DNA of 62,156 nt, filler included, from Chiloscyllium plagiosum (taxonomy: Eukaryota): assembly GCF_004010195.1 (NCBI RefSeq). It is 4 parts of one record of this genome, joined end to end, with 100 filler letters (N's around TTAATTAATTAA, not from the genome) between each part and the next. Parts side by side here need not be neighbours in the genome. Positions count along the whole stretch, not along the records: positions 1 to 25,055 come from NC_057715.1; 3 more parts are not named here. The stretch is one strand, 5' to 3'. Each line of letters starts with the position of its first letter. The stretch's first letter is position 1. Under the pieces are notes generated by a model. That model did not search any database, had not been told where the DNA came from, and saw only the letters and a program-made list of their open reading frames with translations. This document shows, in pieces, positions 1 through 14,559 of the stretch. The translations under genes were made by a program, and so were the position numbers.

Positions 1-605
1 ATATATTTGTAAAAACCCTTTGGCAAATAGAATTAAAGGAGAATCCAAAGCTATGTCCCCATTTTGCCCTCCTGATTTCCCCCTTAAGTATACTCCTACT
101 TTCTTTATACTCCAAGGATTCACTCTATCTATCCTGTCTATACCTGACAAATGCTTCTTCTTTTTCTTAACCATACCCTCAATTTCTTTAGTCATCCAGC
201 ACTCCCTATACCTATCAGCCTTCCCTTTCACCCTGACAGGAATATACTCTCTGGATTCTTGTTATCTCATTCCTGAAGGCTTCCATTTTCCAGCCGTCCC
301 TTTACCTGCAAACATCTGCCTCCGAAATCAGCTTTCAAAAGTTCTTGCCTAATACCGTCAAAATTGGCCTTTCTCCAATTTAGAACTTCAACTTTTAGAT
401 TTGGTCTATCCTTTTCCATCACTATTTTAAAATGAATAGAATTACGGTCGCTGGCCCCAAAATGCTCCCCCACTGACACCTCAGTCACCTGCCCTGCCTT
501 ATTTCCCAAGAGTAGGTCAAGTTTTGCACCTTCTTTAGTAGGTACATCCACATACTGAATCAGAAAATTGTGTTGTACACACAAATTCCTCTCCATCTAA
601 ACCTT
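1..605 (-). mobile_element. CR1-like LINE fragment (end of endonuclease domain and linker of ORF2), decayed
   Basis: ORF 267-596 reads LDLLLGN...VGEHFGASDRNSIHFKIVMEK...LNWRKANFDGIRQEL, the LDL/SDH-type end of an APE-like endonuclease as seen in CR1 ORF2; disrupted elsewhere. Confidence 0.8.
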
Positions 606-1569
606 TGTCAGTCCCATTCTAAAAAGCTAGCTCTTCATTTTAGACAGATGCTCTAGTTCTCGACTGACTCAAGTAGAAACATCTACCTTATCAAGACCAT
701 TCAGGATCTCGCACTTCAAATCAATCAAGTAACCCCTCACTCCTCAGACTCCACTGGAAACAAGCCCAGTCTGTTGAACCATTCCTCATAAGACAATCCA
801 CCTTATTCTGTAGATCAATTTAACAAATCTCCTAAACCAACTCCAATATATTTACAATCCTCCAAATTGCACATTGTATTAACAATACATTGTATAACTG
901 AGGCATAGCATCCTTATCTCAAGGATAAGCAGCCTTCATGATATGCTATACCTGTAAAGATACAGCCTGCAACTCATCCACCAGAATACCCAAATCCCTG
1001 TGCAGATGGGAATTCTACAATCATTCTCTATTTCAGCAATTCTGTTTTTAATTCTTCTGATCAAAATGAAGTTTCAGATTTTCCATATTGTACTCAGCCA
1101 GTATTTTGCCTTCTTCACAACACTTACTTTCAGGTCATCAAAAACTCAACTACGCCTGCCTTCACACAAACTATTAACTTGTAAAAGGCCAAGACCCCAG
1201 CAGGACACCGCTAATACATTCTGCAAATCAGAAAAGACCCCATTTATGGAAACTTTTCTACCAGCCAATCTTCTATCCTCACTCGTATGCTATCCCCTAC
1301 ATGACATTCTTCTATTTTGAACAATAAAATTTTTGTTATGGCACCTTATCAAATGCTTTCTGTAAATTTAAGTCCAGTACATCTATAGGCTCTGTTGATC
1401 TTCTGTGCACATTACTCCTTCAAATAATGAAAAGGAGTCTAGCTAAATAGATTTCCTTCACAAAATCATGCTCAAATCTTTCCAGTTATCCAGATTTTTT
1501 ATTTAAAAATGGCACAGAGTTCATAACCACCTTAAATGACCAATTCTAACACCTCCCTCATGACAGATA

Positions 1570-2445
1570 GGCCTGAACTGTACGTTCTTTCAGCCCTCCA
1601 TGTTGTGCTGACCTTTTATCCTGCTTGAAAATCAAGCTAAGCTACATACCCTTCATTTTACTGTCATCCATGTGCCTACTCAAGAGTCACTTAAAACGTC
1701 CCTAATGTATCTAACTCTACTACCACTGCTGGCAGTGCATTCCAAACATCCACCTGTGTAAAGAATCTATCTCCGACATCTCCCCTAAACCTTCCCCTAA
1801 ATCATAAAATTATGCTCGCTTGAGATAGCCTTTTCTGCCCTGGGGGAAAAAAAAAATCTGACTCTTCACTATGCCTATCATCTTGTACATCTCTATCAAG
1901 TCACCTCGCATCCTTTGCTCCAATGAGAAAAAGCCCTAGCTCCCTCAACCTTTCATAAGGCATGCCCTCCAGTCCACGCAGCATCCTGGTAAATCTCCTC
2001 TGCCCCCCTCTAGAGCTTCCACATCCTTCCTATAATGGAGGCAACCAGAACTGAACACAATATTCCTAATCTGGTCTAACCAGGGTTTAGAGAGCTGCAG
2101 CATAACCTCAACTCTTAAATTCAATCCCCTTGCTAATAAAAGCCAACAACATACACCTTAACAACCCTATCAACTTGGGTGGCAATTTTCAAGGATTATG
2201 GATGTGGACCCAAAGTTCCCTTTGCTCCTCCACACTGCCAAGAATCCTGCCTTTAATCCTGCATTCAAATTTGACCTTCCAAAATTAATCAGTTCACATT
2301 TTTCCAGGTTGAACTTTATCTACCACTTATCAGCCTAGTACTGCATCCTGCGAATGTCCCATTACAACCTATAACAGCCCTCCACCAATCTGTGTCAACG
2401 GCAAACTTGCTAACCCATTCTTCCAATTCCTCATCCAAGGTATTC
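1570..2445 (-). mobile_element. CR1-like LINE 3' fragment (RT C-terminus and 3' UTR), decayed
   Basis: Minus-strand WVSKFAVDT (degenerate FADD motif); sequence similar to the copy at 12180-13165. Confidence 0.7.
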
Positions 2446-3015
2446 ATCAAGCTAAAGTGGCATCCTTCTCTTCTTGAATAGAAAGGGTATACTTCCTTTC
2501 CAGGATCCAGTGAATTTTTAAGAATTAAAACACTAATGTAACTAGACAGTTTCTTTGACAAAGAATTTTGGTGGTAGTGTGGGGAGGGGGTAGACACTTT
2601 CATTAGAATAAGTTGCTAATGCACATGTCGAGACAGCAGGCCTTGAAGCTAGTTTGTTATCTACTTTGTTTTTGAAATGTTCAAATGCATGAAATCCAAA
2701 AGATTAGTTATGAGTATTACATTCCAGAGGGTGGGGGCAGAACAGGAGCAAAGGGGAGGACTGTATCACAATATATCCTCAATCACAAATTTTAGAAGAT
2801 GTTTATAGAATATACTCCTGTCCCAATAACACTTAGGGAAGCTTAAAAAGCAGTTAGAAAGTCTTGTCAGAGTATGGATTTTACAATTAATCTTCACCTT
2901 TCTGTATAGAGATGCCTGAATTTCAGAATCAGTACAGCCATCAGAAGTTGCTGACAAATTCTTAAGCAACTTTCCACTTGATTGGTTTAGAAGTAACAAA
3001 AGACAAAGTTCCTAC

Positions 3016-3176
3016 CAGATGCTCCTGATTCTTCATCTGATCTTCAGCTTGTCGGGCCAAGGCAGCTTTCGCCTCTTCTGCATTGCGACGCTCTTTTTCT
3101 AATCTCTCCGCATCTTCTTTAGCTCTTCTCCTTTCCTGCTCAAGTTCTAAAGCTCTACGGGTTTGATCTTCTAACT
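3016..3176 (-). CDS. RDX: Radixin coding exon, alpha-helical region (161 nt): [54 protein letters not shown]
   Basis: acag| acceptor and |gtagg donor; phase joins the 4362-4492 exon; not in the ORF track, translated by hand. Later exons were not found in 1-3015 and presumably lie outside the window. Confidence 0.93.
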
Positions 3177-4361
3177 CTGTTAAAAAAGATGTTTTTTAAA
3201 TAATAGCTCTATTTGAAATTAGAAGCGATCAAATGGCTATAAACTTGTGCATAAAAGCTAATGGTTCAACAATTTTAGATTTAAAAAAAAGTTATGCAAA
3301 TTGCATAGATAACAATTATACCAGCTCACTGGTTGCTAACTTTGATGCAAAGCATGACCACAATACACATGACAGAAAATCAATCACTTCAACATATAAT
3401 TGAAGTGTTTTGTCAAACACCAGTTCTCGCAATTATCTTGCCCAGAAAGTGCATAGACATGGAGTCAAATAATTCAACGACAGGAACAAAAATATTTACA
3501 ACAGTAATCATTAACACAACTAGATAACTGGCAGAGTTATTTGAGGAATCTTGTCATATGAAATGCAAAATATGCTTCTATGTACCAACACCAGTCAATT
3601 CAATGTATACATGAGTTTCACATATTGCTGTCATCAGATTGTAAATCTGCACCACTGGCTTCCTTCTTCAAAAAGAAACTGCATTCCAAAGTTGATCAAA
3701 ATAAATCCAACAGGACACTGCATCCACAAGTGAATTTTCAGTCGTGAAAATCCATCTCCAAAACGTATGGCAAGTACAGTACCATAGTCTCTTTAGTATT
3801 TATTCAGGAATGGTGTATTTGGCTGGATGAGTATGTTATGTGTTCTTCAAATACTATGTGTTGAAGGAACTGACCACATGCATATTACTCTAGAAAGTCA
3901 GAGTAAAGGATTGGTTTTTATGCACCTGACTCTCCTTACAAGCTTAAATGGATTTAATTTGTGGCAATTATTTTGCTCAAGCTTTTCAAAGGGATGGATA
4001 TGCTAGAGGCAGAATCCTAGCTTGCTAAATCTACAAGGCTTGAATTAGGTTTTTTAAATCCTCCCCAATTTTGATGGAAAAGAATGAATGCTAAACAGAA
4101 CTAATAAGAGCTGAAATCAGAATGGCATTGATGTAAAGCAGGGATTAAAAACAGCAATGACTGCAATCTTTAAAATTATAAATACAACATGCAAGATGTG
4201 CACTAACTTCTAGCTCTACTTAATATGGCATAAACTATGTAAATTGATATCACTTTCAAAGTCTTGAATATAAACCCAATATTTGTGAAATAGATGAACT
4301 AAAATTAATTAGACTGCACACTATCACCATACTGCACAAGTGATAGGAGTCAAACCATTAC

Positions 4362-4492
4362 CTTTCTGAGCCTTTGCAGTTTGTTCTTCAATTTGTCTAA
4401 GTCTTTGCATTAGCTCCTCCTTCTCTTGTTCTATCCTCTCTTTCTCCTTTTCTGCCATTTCTCGCTTCTTCTTTTCATTTTCAAGCTGTGCC
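4362..4492 (-). CDS. RDX: Radixin coding exon (131 nt): [43 protein letters not shown]
   Basis: Within ORF 4324-4509; aag| acceptor, |gtaat donor; ERM helical-region sequence. Confidence 0.95.
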
Positions 4493-5600
4493 CTTGAAAA
4501 ACAAAACACATGAACTTGCAGATCCTGTGTGAAGTGGTCAAAGTGCTAGATCAAATGTCCTGGGTCAATTCAGGACAAACAATCCCGGCAGTCCAATTTA
4601 AGTCAAAGCAAAAATGTTCTTACACTGGAGAAAGTGCTTGGAAAAGAGGACGGATCTTAATGCTGAGCTGAACCATTAAAGTAGTTTGTAAAAGTCTTAA
4701 CCAAAATATGGTTAGAAACCTCAAAGAAAAAAAAATATGAAAATATTACTTCAGTAAAAGCAGAACATTTACACAAATTACAGACAGCCCCCAGGTTATG
4801 AAAAGGCTCCGTTCCAGAGTACATTTGTCAGTCGATTTATACACCAGTTGGAACACAATACAGCACAAAACAGCCGTAACTATACTAAACATTCACATGT
4901 CAGATCTTTGATATTAATATGGATCTGATTCATAAATTAGACATTCATAAATTGAGGACCTATAAATATTTGTTATTTCAAAGACCTGTTAGACTGGTTA
5001 AGAGTGGACAAAATATTCAGGTAAACAAAAAAAAATTGCAAGTGGCAAAAACAGTTAATACCACCTGTCAGCACCAGTAGATAATTCCAGTCTTTGACAT
5101 TTCAGATATGTAGCCTTCATTAGAACTAAATAATCTACTGGAATCCAAGTATCTTGGAGGTTACATCTGAACAGTACTAAGAGAGAAAATGCTGCTTATT
5201 CACTGAAAATATTTCAATATTATTATAGCCAGACATTCAATAACATCTGGCAGAAAAAGAATATTTTGCCTATAGCATATTACTAAACTCAAATCGGCAA
5301 GCCATCAATTTTTAACTTTGAACTGCAATGCAGTGACTTATTTAAGTAGATTTGGTAAACAAGCTCCCAAAACAGCAGTGACAGCAATACTGAAGACCCA
5401 GTTATGATTAAATGGAAAGGGCAATAACAGGCTTGTAACCGACCAGATTTTGTTTTTGTGAAAAAAAGTGGATAGATGTTCCCAGGCAATACTCCACATT
5501 GCTCACGCAAACAGCTAAACCTAAAGAACAGCAAGCTCTGGTGCAGCAGGTTTTGAAAAATAAAATCTTTTATTGTTATGTCATAGATAAAAATAGGAAA

Positions 5601-5725
5601 TAAAGTGAGGACTGCAGATTCTGGAGATCAAAGTTGAGTGTGGGGTGCTGGAAAAGCACAGCAGGTCAGGCAGCACCCGAGGAGCAAGAGAATCAAATCT
5701 TTTGGGCATAAGCCCTGCATCAGGC
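5601..5725 (-). mobile_element. Short Penelope-like element terminal fragment with damaged hammerhead-like core
   Basis: Same repeat as 17416, 22531, 39420 and 57530; minus strand reads CCTGATGCAGGGCTTATGCCCAAAAG followed by GCTGCCTGACCTGCTGTGCTTTTCCAGCAC. Confidence 0.65.
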
Positions 5726-6818
5726 ATTGGTAGGAATACTAAGGATTTGCATACACTTTTCTAGAGATTTCTCTAAATTGTAAGTCCACCATGAGGATGG
5801 CTAGCTAATACTGAAGCTCACAGAACTGGAAAGAAATTTATTGAAGTCGTTAGGAAATACTCAAGTGGCAAGAGATAAACTATAGAAATAATGGGCATAT
5901 ATTCTAATTGGTGGGATATGATGAGGTGTCTTGGAAGGAACTATACTGGAGTTATCATAAAAAAAAAGAGAAGCTCAGAGGTGAACAGGATGAAGTGAAA
6001 GTGAGAAAGGTCTCATTATGGGATACAAAACAGAATTGACAAAGAATAACACTGCAATGCTCAAAGAAACCATATCATTATGTTCAAATCTCTGAATAGC
6101 ATATTTGGAGAATCTTCATCGATAAATTGTAGGCCTCAATTATTTCAATTTAGACGACCACTCAGCTTCTAAAGTTCTCTCTCCACTTTTAAAAGTTAAA
6201 GCAGCAAAAGCTTTCTGGAGCCTGCCTTTGACTTTTATTTTGCACATAGTCAGGATCTGTTTGCTACTCTGCTAAGAGTTCAAATCACATCACAGCAGAT
6301 AGGTGGGTGTGGGTTCAAATGGGAGTCATGTTAATATGGATCATTTCAAATACACACTTAGTTCTCCAACATCCTTTAGGGAATCTTACCTAGTCTGGTC
6401 AACATGGGACTCCAGATTCAATTGGTAGTGGCCCTCTGAAATGGGAGAGCAAACCACTTTGCTCAAGGGCAATTTGGGATGGACAATAAAGGCTTTTGGG
6501 TTATGACCACATCCCCAAGGAATAATAAAATTCCATCAGATCCTGCTCAATAGCTGCCTGGTCATGTACAGAAACTTTTACCCAAAAAAGTGTGTTATGA
6601 ACAACTTCTTCCCCCAAACCTCAGCTCTCCAAAATTTTTATTGCTGGCTGTTAGAAGCCAAATCATTTATAATTCATGCAAAGATTGCTAATGCTAATCA
6701 AAGAGAGGAAATTAGAGGCAAGCAACGCTAGAGAAGTATCATGGCCCATATCAATGCCGAGAGATATAGCAGATCCATACACTTAAGAGCAGAAGTCAAT
6801 GGAACCAGCTTTCATTTA

Positions 6819-7022
<204 letters not shown>

Positions 7023-7787
7023 TCAGGTGAGTACAGTCAATAATTGCTACATGTGCCATCAGCTCCACTCCTACAAACTTCTGGAAAATGATTTGAGTTG
7101 GGAAAGTAGCTAAATTGCAAATCTTAAATACTATAAAAGTGTGCAATGGAATATTGTAAATAAATGATGCAGAGCAGGGTAAAGGGCAGGAGGATGACAA
7201 ATGAATACACTGCCCAAGAAAGAGATTCAACTTTTAAATTAGTTACCCTATCACATTCTACACCAGTGCTGAACAAACTTAACCAATGTCCTAATTCTGC
7301 ACCGACAGCAGCTGCTTCAATTATGCTGACACAATTTAGTGCTTCTATATCCAATTTATTTGACTCAGTACTATCTTCTTCACCTTTGCCATATCATCCA
7401 TTCATCATTTAATCTCTCCAAACTGTTCTTGAAAGGCTATTAAACTGGAAAGGACTCAAAAGATTTGAAGGTTGTTGAAGGACTAGAGGGTTTGAGTTAA
7501 ACGAATACGCCGAACCATCCGTTCCCCACCCCTCTCCCAACTCAAGCACAGGGGTTTGAGGGGGTGATCTTAGAGGTTTATAAAACCATGAGCGGTATAG
7601 ATAAGATGAATGGCAGGTGTCTTTTCCCTAGGGTGGGAGATTAAGTCTGGCAGGATATTGTTAAAGGAAAAAAAAAGGAGAAAGATTTGGAAAAAAGTCA
7701 CAGGGCTTTTTTTTTTTTTAAAAACAATGTGGTTTACGTATGGAATGAACTTTTAAAGTGTGCATGTGGGTACAGCTCCTTGTGGTG

Positions 7788-8092
7788 CAGCACAGTGGCT
7801 CAGTACTTAGCACTGCTGCCTCAAAGTGCCAGTGACCCAAGTTTGATCCCAGCCTCCAGCAACCATCTGTGTTGAGTTTGCATGTTCTCCCCAAATCTGG
7901 GTGATTTTCTCCAGGTGCTCTGGTTTCCTCTCAGTCCAAAAGATGTGCAGACTAGGTGGACTGGTCATGGGAAATGCAGGGTTATAGGGATAGGGTAGGG
8001 GCTGTTGAATCAGGGCAAGATACTCTTCAGAGGATCAGTATGAATTCAATGGGCTGAATGGCCTGTTTCCACACTAAGGATTTTATGATTCT
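7788..8092 (+). mobile_element. tRNA-headed SINE nested inside a CR1-like 3' fragment (about 7450-8245)
   Basis: Head GCACAGTGGCTCAGTACTTAGCACTGCTGCCTC with A-box-like and degenerate B-box sequence; body shared with 10487 and 30813 copies. Confidence 0.75.
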
Positions 8093-10486
8093 AGTTACAA
8101 TATTTAAGACAGTTAGATAAGTAAGGAATATGAAATGTTTGAAGGGATGTGAGATAAGTGCAGACAGGTGGGACTAGTTTAGATTGGAATTATGGTCAGC
8201 ATAGACTGGTTGGACTGAACATTGTGTATCCGTGCCTTACAACTAAATTACTGAGCTCTGCTTTTGCCCTTTCCTCTGACCACAGCAAACCACTCTTAAC
8301 TGCCTCTACCTGCTTATAGGGACTGAGAGAAAACGAGCATTGCAGATGCTGGAGATCAGAGTCAAAGTGTGGCGCTGGAAAAACAGGTAGTGCAGCATCT
8401 GGATCACACTCCTGATGAAGGGCTTATAGACTCCTCTGCTTTTCCAGCACCACACTAACTCTTCCTGCTTGCAATCTGTGATAACAAAAGCAGATCTTTG
8501 ACCTGCAATATTAAACTGGTTTCACACCCCATTAGATGTTGTCTAATCTGTAGGGTTTTTAATTTTAATTTTTGATAACCTAAATTATTTTCTATTGCTG
8601 CTTGTGCATAAGCTGCAGTCATAGCAACAAGATGTTACTGCAGTGGACAGATGAAATTGGGCGTTGTGTACACCGATGCTATTTTTGAAGAAAACAAGTA
8701 GATCAATACAAGCAATGAAAGCTAGATGCTTAGTTCAGACATGATAGTTGGAAGGAAAATAATTGCTGGAGATGCACTTGTTCTCCATGGAGACATGCCC
8801 CATGGAGAACAAGTAGATGGGGAAAATCATTGGTGTAGAAATGTATGATCAACTTTTGAGTTCAAACATCGCAGGTATGACTTCAAGAACAAGATAGTGA
8901 TATTGTAATTAAGATGAATTATTTAAACTTTGCAAAGACAATTTCAGTGCTGTAAGACAAATAATATGGATTAGAATAGGATTAGTGAAAAACAGGCAAG
9001 TTAAACAGAATATTGAAGCTTAGCCTTCAAAAGTGACAGCTTTCATATGCACCAGGTCCTATTCACCCAATGAGTTCAAGTGCTTTCCATGAAGTAAAAC
9101 TAAAAAAAGTTAGCCAAATTATGATTTACAGTAACTACATCTTAAAAACTTTCAAAGAAAGTTGCTCTTCACAAGATACATTTCTTGCAAACTGCACATC
9201 CAAACGTACAATTCAGAAGTTATACGCAGATTCAGTGGCTGCCACTCAAAATTAGATGTGCCTTCTAACGCAACTTTAACCACCTTAAAAAGAAAGGACA
9301 AGGACAGACTATATAGGCAAACAACACTGACCGCACACATTCCCCTCAAAACCACACACCATTCTGACTTGGGACTCAATTCCTTTGCTATTACTGAATC
9401 AGCACCAATGATTACCTGGATAGTGATGCCTACATTTCATAAAATTTTCCAAATTAGTTTTTCTTCTGTAAAACATCCAAATGGTGTTCATAAACATATT
9501 AGTCATATGTACACATGATAAAAACTTCAATTACATTATTCTAGTTGTTAAGATAATTGACTTAATTGGTTTGAGCAGATGGTGTTAATTTCTTTTAAAT
9601 TAGTTCATGGGATGTAGCTAGGACTGCATTTATTGCACTTCCCCGATTAAATGGCTCTCAGTAATGTGGTTGACTGTAATTTTTAAACTGAATTCATACT
9701 GCCACGGCACAGGGTTTGAACACATGCTCCTAGAAAATTAACAAAAGATTTAGGCTTATAAGTCAAGACTAAAAGGAAAATGCACAACTTCAAGATGAGC
9801 ATCCCTGCAAGGGACAAATTCACACCACAAAAAGTAAAATACTGTAGATATTTGAAAATAGAAATAAAAAAAAAGAGACTTTAGGATGTAGTTTGTGATT
9901 GGACTCCACTTTGAATGCTGTATTGCTCTTTGCGTACGGAGACTTGTTCTAAATTGGGAAAGTTTATTTCTGCCCAAGTGACTTAAGTCAAATTTTGGTG
10001 CATTTCTTGAAAAACCTTTAGAAAAATACATGTAAAGGAATTCATCCCTTCTAACCTGTACACTATCCATGACAACCATAGCTGATTATCTAATTCAGCA
10101 GCCTGTTCTCAATCTTCCCCCACCATATCTTTTCATCCCCAAATGTTGCATACAACTTCTTGATATTATATAAAGTTTTGGCTTCAACTGCTTTCTGAAA
10201 TAGTGAATTCCACAGGCTCACCACACTGAAGAAATTTCTCCAGTCAAATATATTCTTGCATCTTTAGACTGACCTTTGATCCTAGCCATTTATTTATGCT
10301 GTCTGTCATTCTACATTCCACCCAAGTACACCTCTCCATTGTATAGACTATTCCATCTCAGACTCTTGGACATTACTTCTAATTTCACTGTCACATGATA
10401 TAGTCATCATAATTATTAATCCATTACTCTACAGTGAGAATGTACACAAGATCAGACTCTGCAGAGTGAAACATTTAGGTTAGGGA

Positions 10487-10768
10487 TAGCACGGTGGCTC
10501 AGTGATTAGCACTGTTGCCTCAGTGCCAGAGACCCAGGTTCAATTCCAACCTTGGGCACCTGCACGGGTTTCCTCCCACAGTTCAAAGATGTGCAGGTTA
10601 GGTGATTTGGCCATGCTAAATTGCCCATAGTGATCAGGGATGTGTAGGTTAGGTGAATTAGTCAGGGGTAAATGTAGAGTAGCAGGTTTGGGGATTTGGT
10701 TGCTCTTTGGAAGGTCAATGTGGACTTGTTGGGCCGAAGAGCCGGTTTTCACATAGAATCTCTACAAT
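10487..10768 (+). mobile_element. tRNA-headed SINE
   Basis: A-box-like TGGCTCAGTGA and B-box GGTTCAATTCC (10537-10547), followed by the GATGTGCAGGTTAGGTG...GGCCATGCTAAATTGCCC body shared with other copies. Confidence 0.8.
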
Positions 10769-11139
10769 GTTGATGAACCTTTCAGAATTGGAAGGTTAGA
10801 GATGCAATAGATATTACCTTTTCTTTACCATTATCCTTTTTCAAGCCAATTTAAAAGTAAAGTATTCACTCTTTACCATAAGATACAGATGGGCTGAGTT
10901 TAAGTTATTTTAAATGCCAGTAGAATGGGGTTAGGTATGTTCAAGTATCCAATAATAGAATTGAGAAAAAGCAAGATCCAAAAGATATAAAGCATGTCTT
11001 ATACCAAAGGTGAGAAATGTTTTTTCCACAAAATGGAGCCTTTTAGGAGGTAGTAGCATTGCTATTCAACATTGAAGAACATACTTTAAATAATTAAATG
11101 ACAATGGAATTTTAAACACAAAAATAATATTTTCAACTA

Positions 11140-11301
<162 letters not shown>

Positions 11302-12179
11302 TTAAAAACTGCATAAGTGGATGTTAAATTTACTCTACCAATGAAAACAAAGACTTTGCTTTTGGTGTACTTGAAAGAAATAACTGATAGTAACATGAGC
11401 ATAATTCCTTTAATAAATGGATCCTTTATTCTTTTCAAATTCAAATTTTGAGTACAAATCTTAGAGCAGTAGAAACCTTCAGTAAACATCATTTCCCCAA
11501 ATTTTCTCCTTTAGGCTGTCCAGACAAACTGCTGCAGTTATTGTGCAGACTAATGTTTCATTTGCCCTTGCTGCACTTAAGATCAATAGCATTTTTATTA
11601 CCTTGTTACAACTAGTTTTGGGTTCCATAACAAAACATAATTCCTCATCTGAAAACTGAAGCTGAACCAAAGAATTCTGCACTCTTGACTAATTCAAGGT
11701 CTCCATGTTATTAGGAGCTCTAGTGGGAATATACCCAACTGATAAGGGCTCAATTCTCTGGTGCAGGACATCACGTGGCATGTCTAGTTACAGTACACTA
11801 TTACCTTGCACCATAAACTGCTTTACATGCAAGTCAGTGACGCAATAAATACATCTTCCCAAATGATTAAGTTTGAGCAGGAAATAGGAGAAATTATAGT
11901 TGTACCTAAATTTGACCCAAATTCAAAAGAAAGAGTGATGGCAAAAAGGGTTTAAAAAAGTAGAAAACAAATAGAACATTTCAGATTTCCCCTTCCTGTT
12001 AACATTAGTTAAGATAGTTTGACAGCCTGTGAACCATCTGCACTTATGGTACATTTTGGCATCCAGAGCACTTCAAAAAACAGGATGGAGATGTTAAGCT
12101 AAAAACGTATCCAGAAAATTTAAATCGGAGTATAAATACCTCAGCTAGATGCATTTAGTAGGACAATTTCAAATAACTA

Positions 12180-13165
12180 CATAGAACATAATAGCACAGT
12201 ATAGCCCTTCAGCCCTTAGTGTTGCGCTGTGAAACCAATCTAAAGTCAATCTAACCTACACTATTCCATTACTATCCATCTGTTTATCCAATGACCATTT
12301 GAAGGCCCTTAATGTTGGCAAGTCCACTACCGTTGCAGGCAGGGCATTCCACATCCTTACTAAACTACCTCGGACATCTGTCCTATATCTATCACTCCTC
12401 AATTTAAAGCGATGTTCCCTCATGCTAGCCATCACCAGAGGTGAAAGGCTTTCACTGTACACCCTACCTAATCCCCAATCTTGTATTCCTCTATTAAGTC
12501 GCCTCTCAAACTTCTAACGAAAACACCCTTAAGTCCCTCAGCCTTTCCTCAAAAGGCCTTCCTTCCATACCAGACAACCTGGTAAATCATCTCTGCACAC
12601 TTTCTAATGCTTCCACATCCTTCCTATAACATGGCAACCAGAACTGTACACGATACTCTAAGTGTGGCCGCACCAGGAGTTGTGTACAGCTGCAACATTA
12701 GCTCATGGCTTAGAAACTCAATCCCTCTACCAATAAAAGCTAACATACCATATGCTTTCTTAACAACCCTACCAATCTGGGTGACAACTTTCAGGGATGT
12801 ATGCACATGGACACACTGCTCATCCACACTACCAAAAATCTTACCATTAGCCCAGTACTCTGCATTCCTTTTACTCCTTCCAAAGTGAATCACCTCACAC
12901 TTCCGCATTAAACTCCATTTGCCACCGGTAAACCTAGCTTTGCAGCTTATATCCTTGTAACCTACATCATCTTTTCGGACTGTCCACACTCCACCGACCT
13001 TAGTGTCATCTCCAAATTTACTAACTTTTTTTTTTAAAAACACCTTCATCCCGGTCATTTATGAAAATGATAAACAGCAGTGGCCCCAAAATAGATCCTT
13101 GAAGTACCCACTAGTAATGAACTCCAGGATGAACATTTCACATCAGCCACCACCCTCTGTCTCTT
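12180..13165 (-). mobile_element. CR1-like LINE 3' portion (RT C-terminus and 3' UTR)
   Basis: ORF 12624-13058 contains SKFGDDTKVGG, KCEVIHFGR and VVKKAYGMLAFIGRGIE, typical of CR1 RT; CATAGAA-type tail at the left end. Confidence 0.85.
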
Positions 13166-14412
13166 AAATGGTTTGGATCCGAAATTGGCTAGCTGCAAGA
13201 CAACAAAGTAGCTAAAGATACAGCATCCAAAAAGGGAATTGAAAGAAGAGATGCACAGGAGGTCAGAGTCAGATGAATGCAAGCTTCAGGTGGGCAAGGG
13301 CAAAGGAAGAGTTAATAGATAGAGTGAAGTTACAAAAAGACCTAGATGCAAGTTTTTTATTTTTGAAAATATACATATAGTGTATGTGCGCGAGCCAGAG
13401 CCAACATAGCCTAAAAATCAGGGGCTGCAGAGTTTACCAGAGGCCAACTCTGAAAGTATCAGCAAATGAACCAATATATACAGGTAGATAGAAGTAGTTT
13501 ACAATGAGGGGGGAGAAAAAAGGGTAGATATCAGTTTCTAGCAGGGTACAAGAGGAAAAGCTTTGCTTGTCAAGAAAACTTCAAGTCAGCCTCAGAAATT
13601 AATCGAATTTAAAAAAAGCTTTTTTAGGATACGGGCTTGGTCATCTAGACCAGCATTTATTGCCCAACCCTAGTTGCTCAAGGTGGTTGTAAAATTAATT
13701 TGTAAAGTCAGAGTACATGTGAAAGTTGGTTTTGTGCTAAGTTGTTACTGCCCAGGAGAAGCATGTAGATGTAGGCAAGTTTGGGATTAAAGGCAGATGC
13801 TTGGAGAAGTACAGTGATAACAGCTAAAGGCCAGAAAATGTCAGTACTGAAGGTGATCTAACTCCAATTTGTAGAACAAAGATAATTTTGGATACTGAAC
13901 CATAGGAGGGGTTATCAGGCTAGTGCTGCAGGAAGGTCAAGGATGAGGAAAGAAAGGCAATTGAAGAGTAAAAATTGGAAGGTGATTGATGATGGCAGTT
14001 GAAAAGCAAAAATGCTGTAAATTTGAAAAGAATAGGAAAATACTCAGGTAGTCAGGCAGCATCTGAGGAAGAAAACAGCTATTTGCTGATCTTTCAGGTG
14101 CATTTGGAAAAATAACCAAAGCCTGGAAGATCACCAGGTAAGAAACAGTAGAAACACAGCAGATCCTCTTAAATCACTGCTTAATATCTTCTTTGCAAAT
14201 CTGCATCTTCTATTACACTACAACAGAAGAACCAGATCTGAAACTTCCACGGTTATAAAGGTTTTGACTAATCTGTGCTAGCTCAGTTTTATAAAATAGC
14301 AACCTATCACTAAACATTGCAATAAACTTTCTAGAATCACATTAAAGGCTTGATTTAAATTACAAAAATCCAAAATACAATTGATATATATTTTAAAGTG
14401 TAGATTCCTTAC

Positions 14413-14559
14413 TTATCATCATGTTCATAGATGTTAAGTCCAAGAGCGTCAACACCCAGCCATAACTCTGTTCCCTTTTTGTTCTTGATTTCAAAGTAAT
14501 TGACTCCATACATTTCAAGATCTTGAGCAATCTTCAGGTATTCCATCATTGAATCTTCC
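14413..14559 (-). CDS. RDX: Radixin coding exon, FERM F2/F3 (147 nt): [49 protein letters not shown]
   Basis: tag| acceptor, |gtaag donor; hand translated; EDSMMEYL and EHDDK match radixin as recalled. Confidence 0.97.

Noticed and set aside
10487..10560. tRNA genes at SINE heads (also about 7788 and 31080-31150)
   Set aside because: A and B boxes are present but continue into a shared SINE body and do not form a full cloverleaf.
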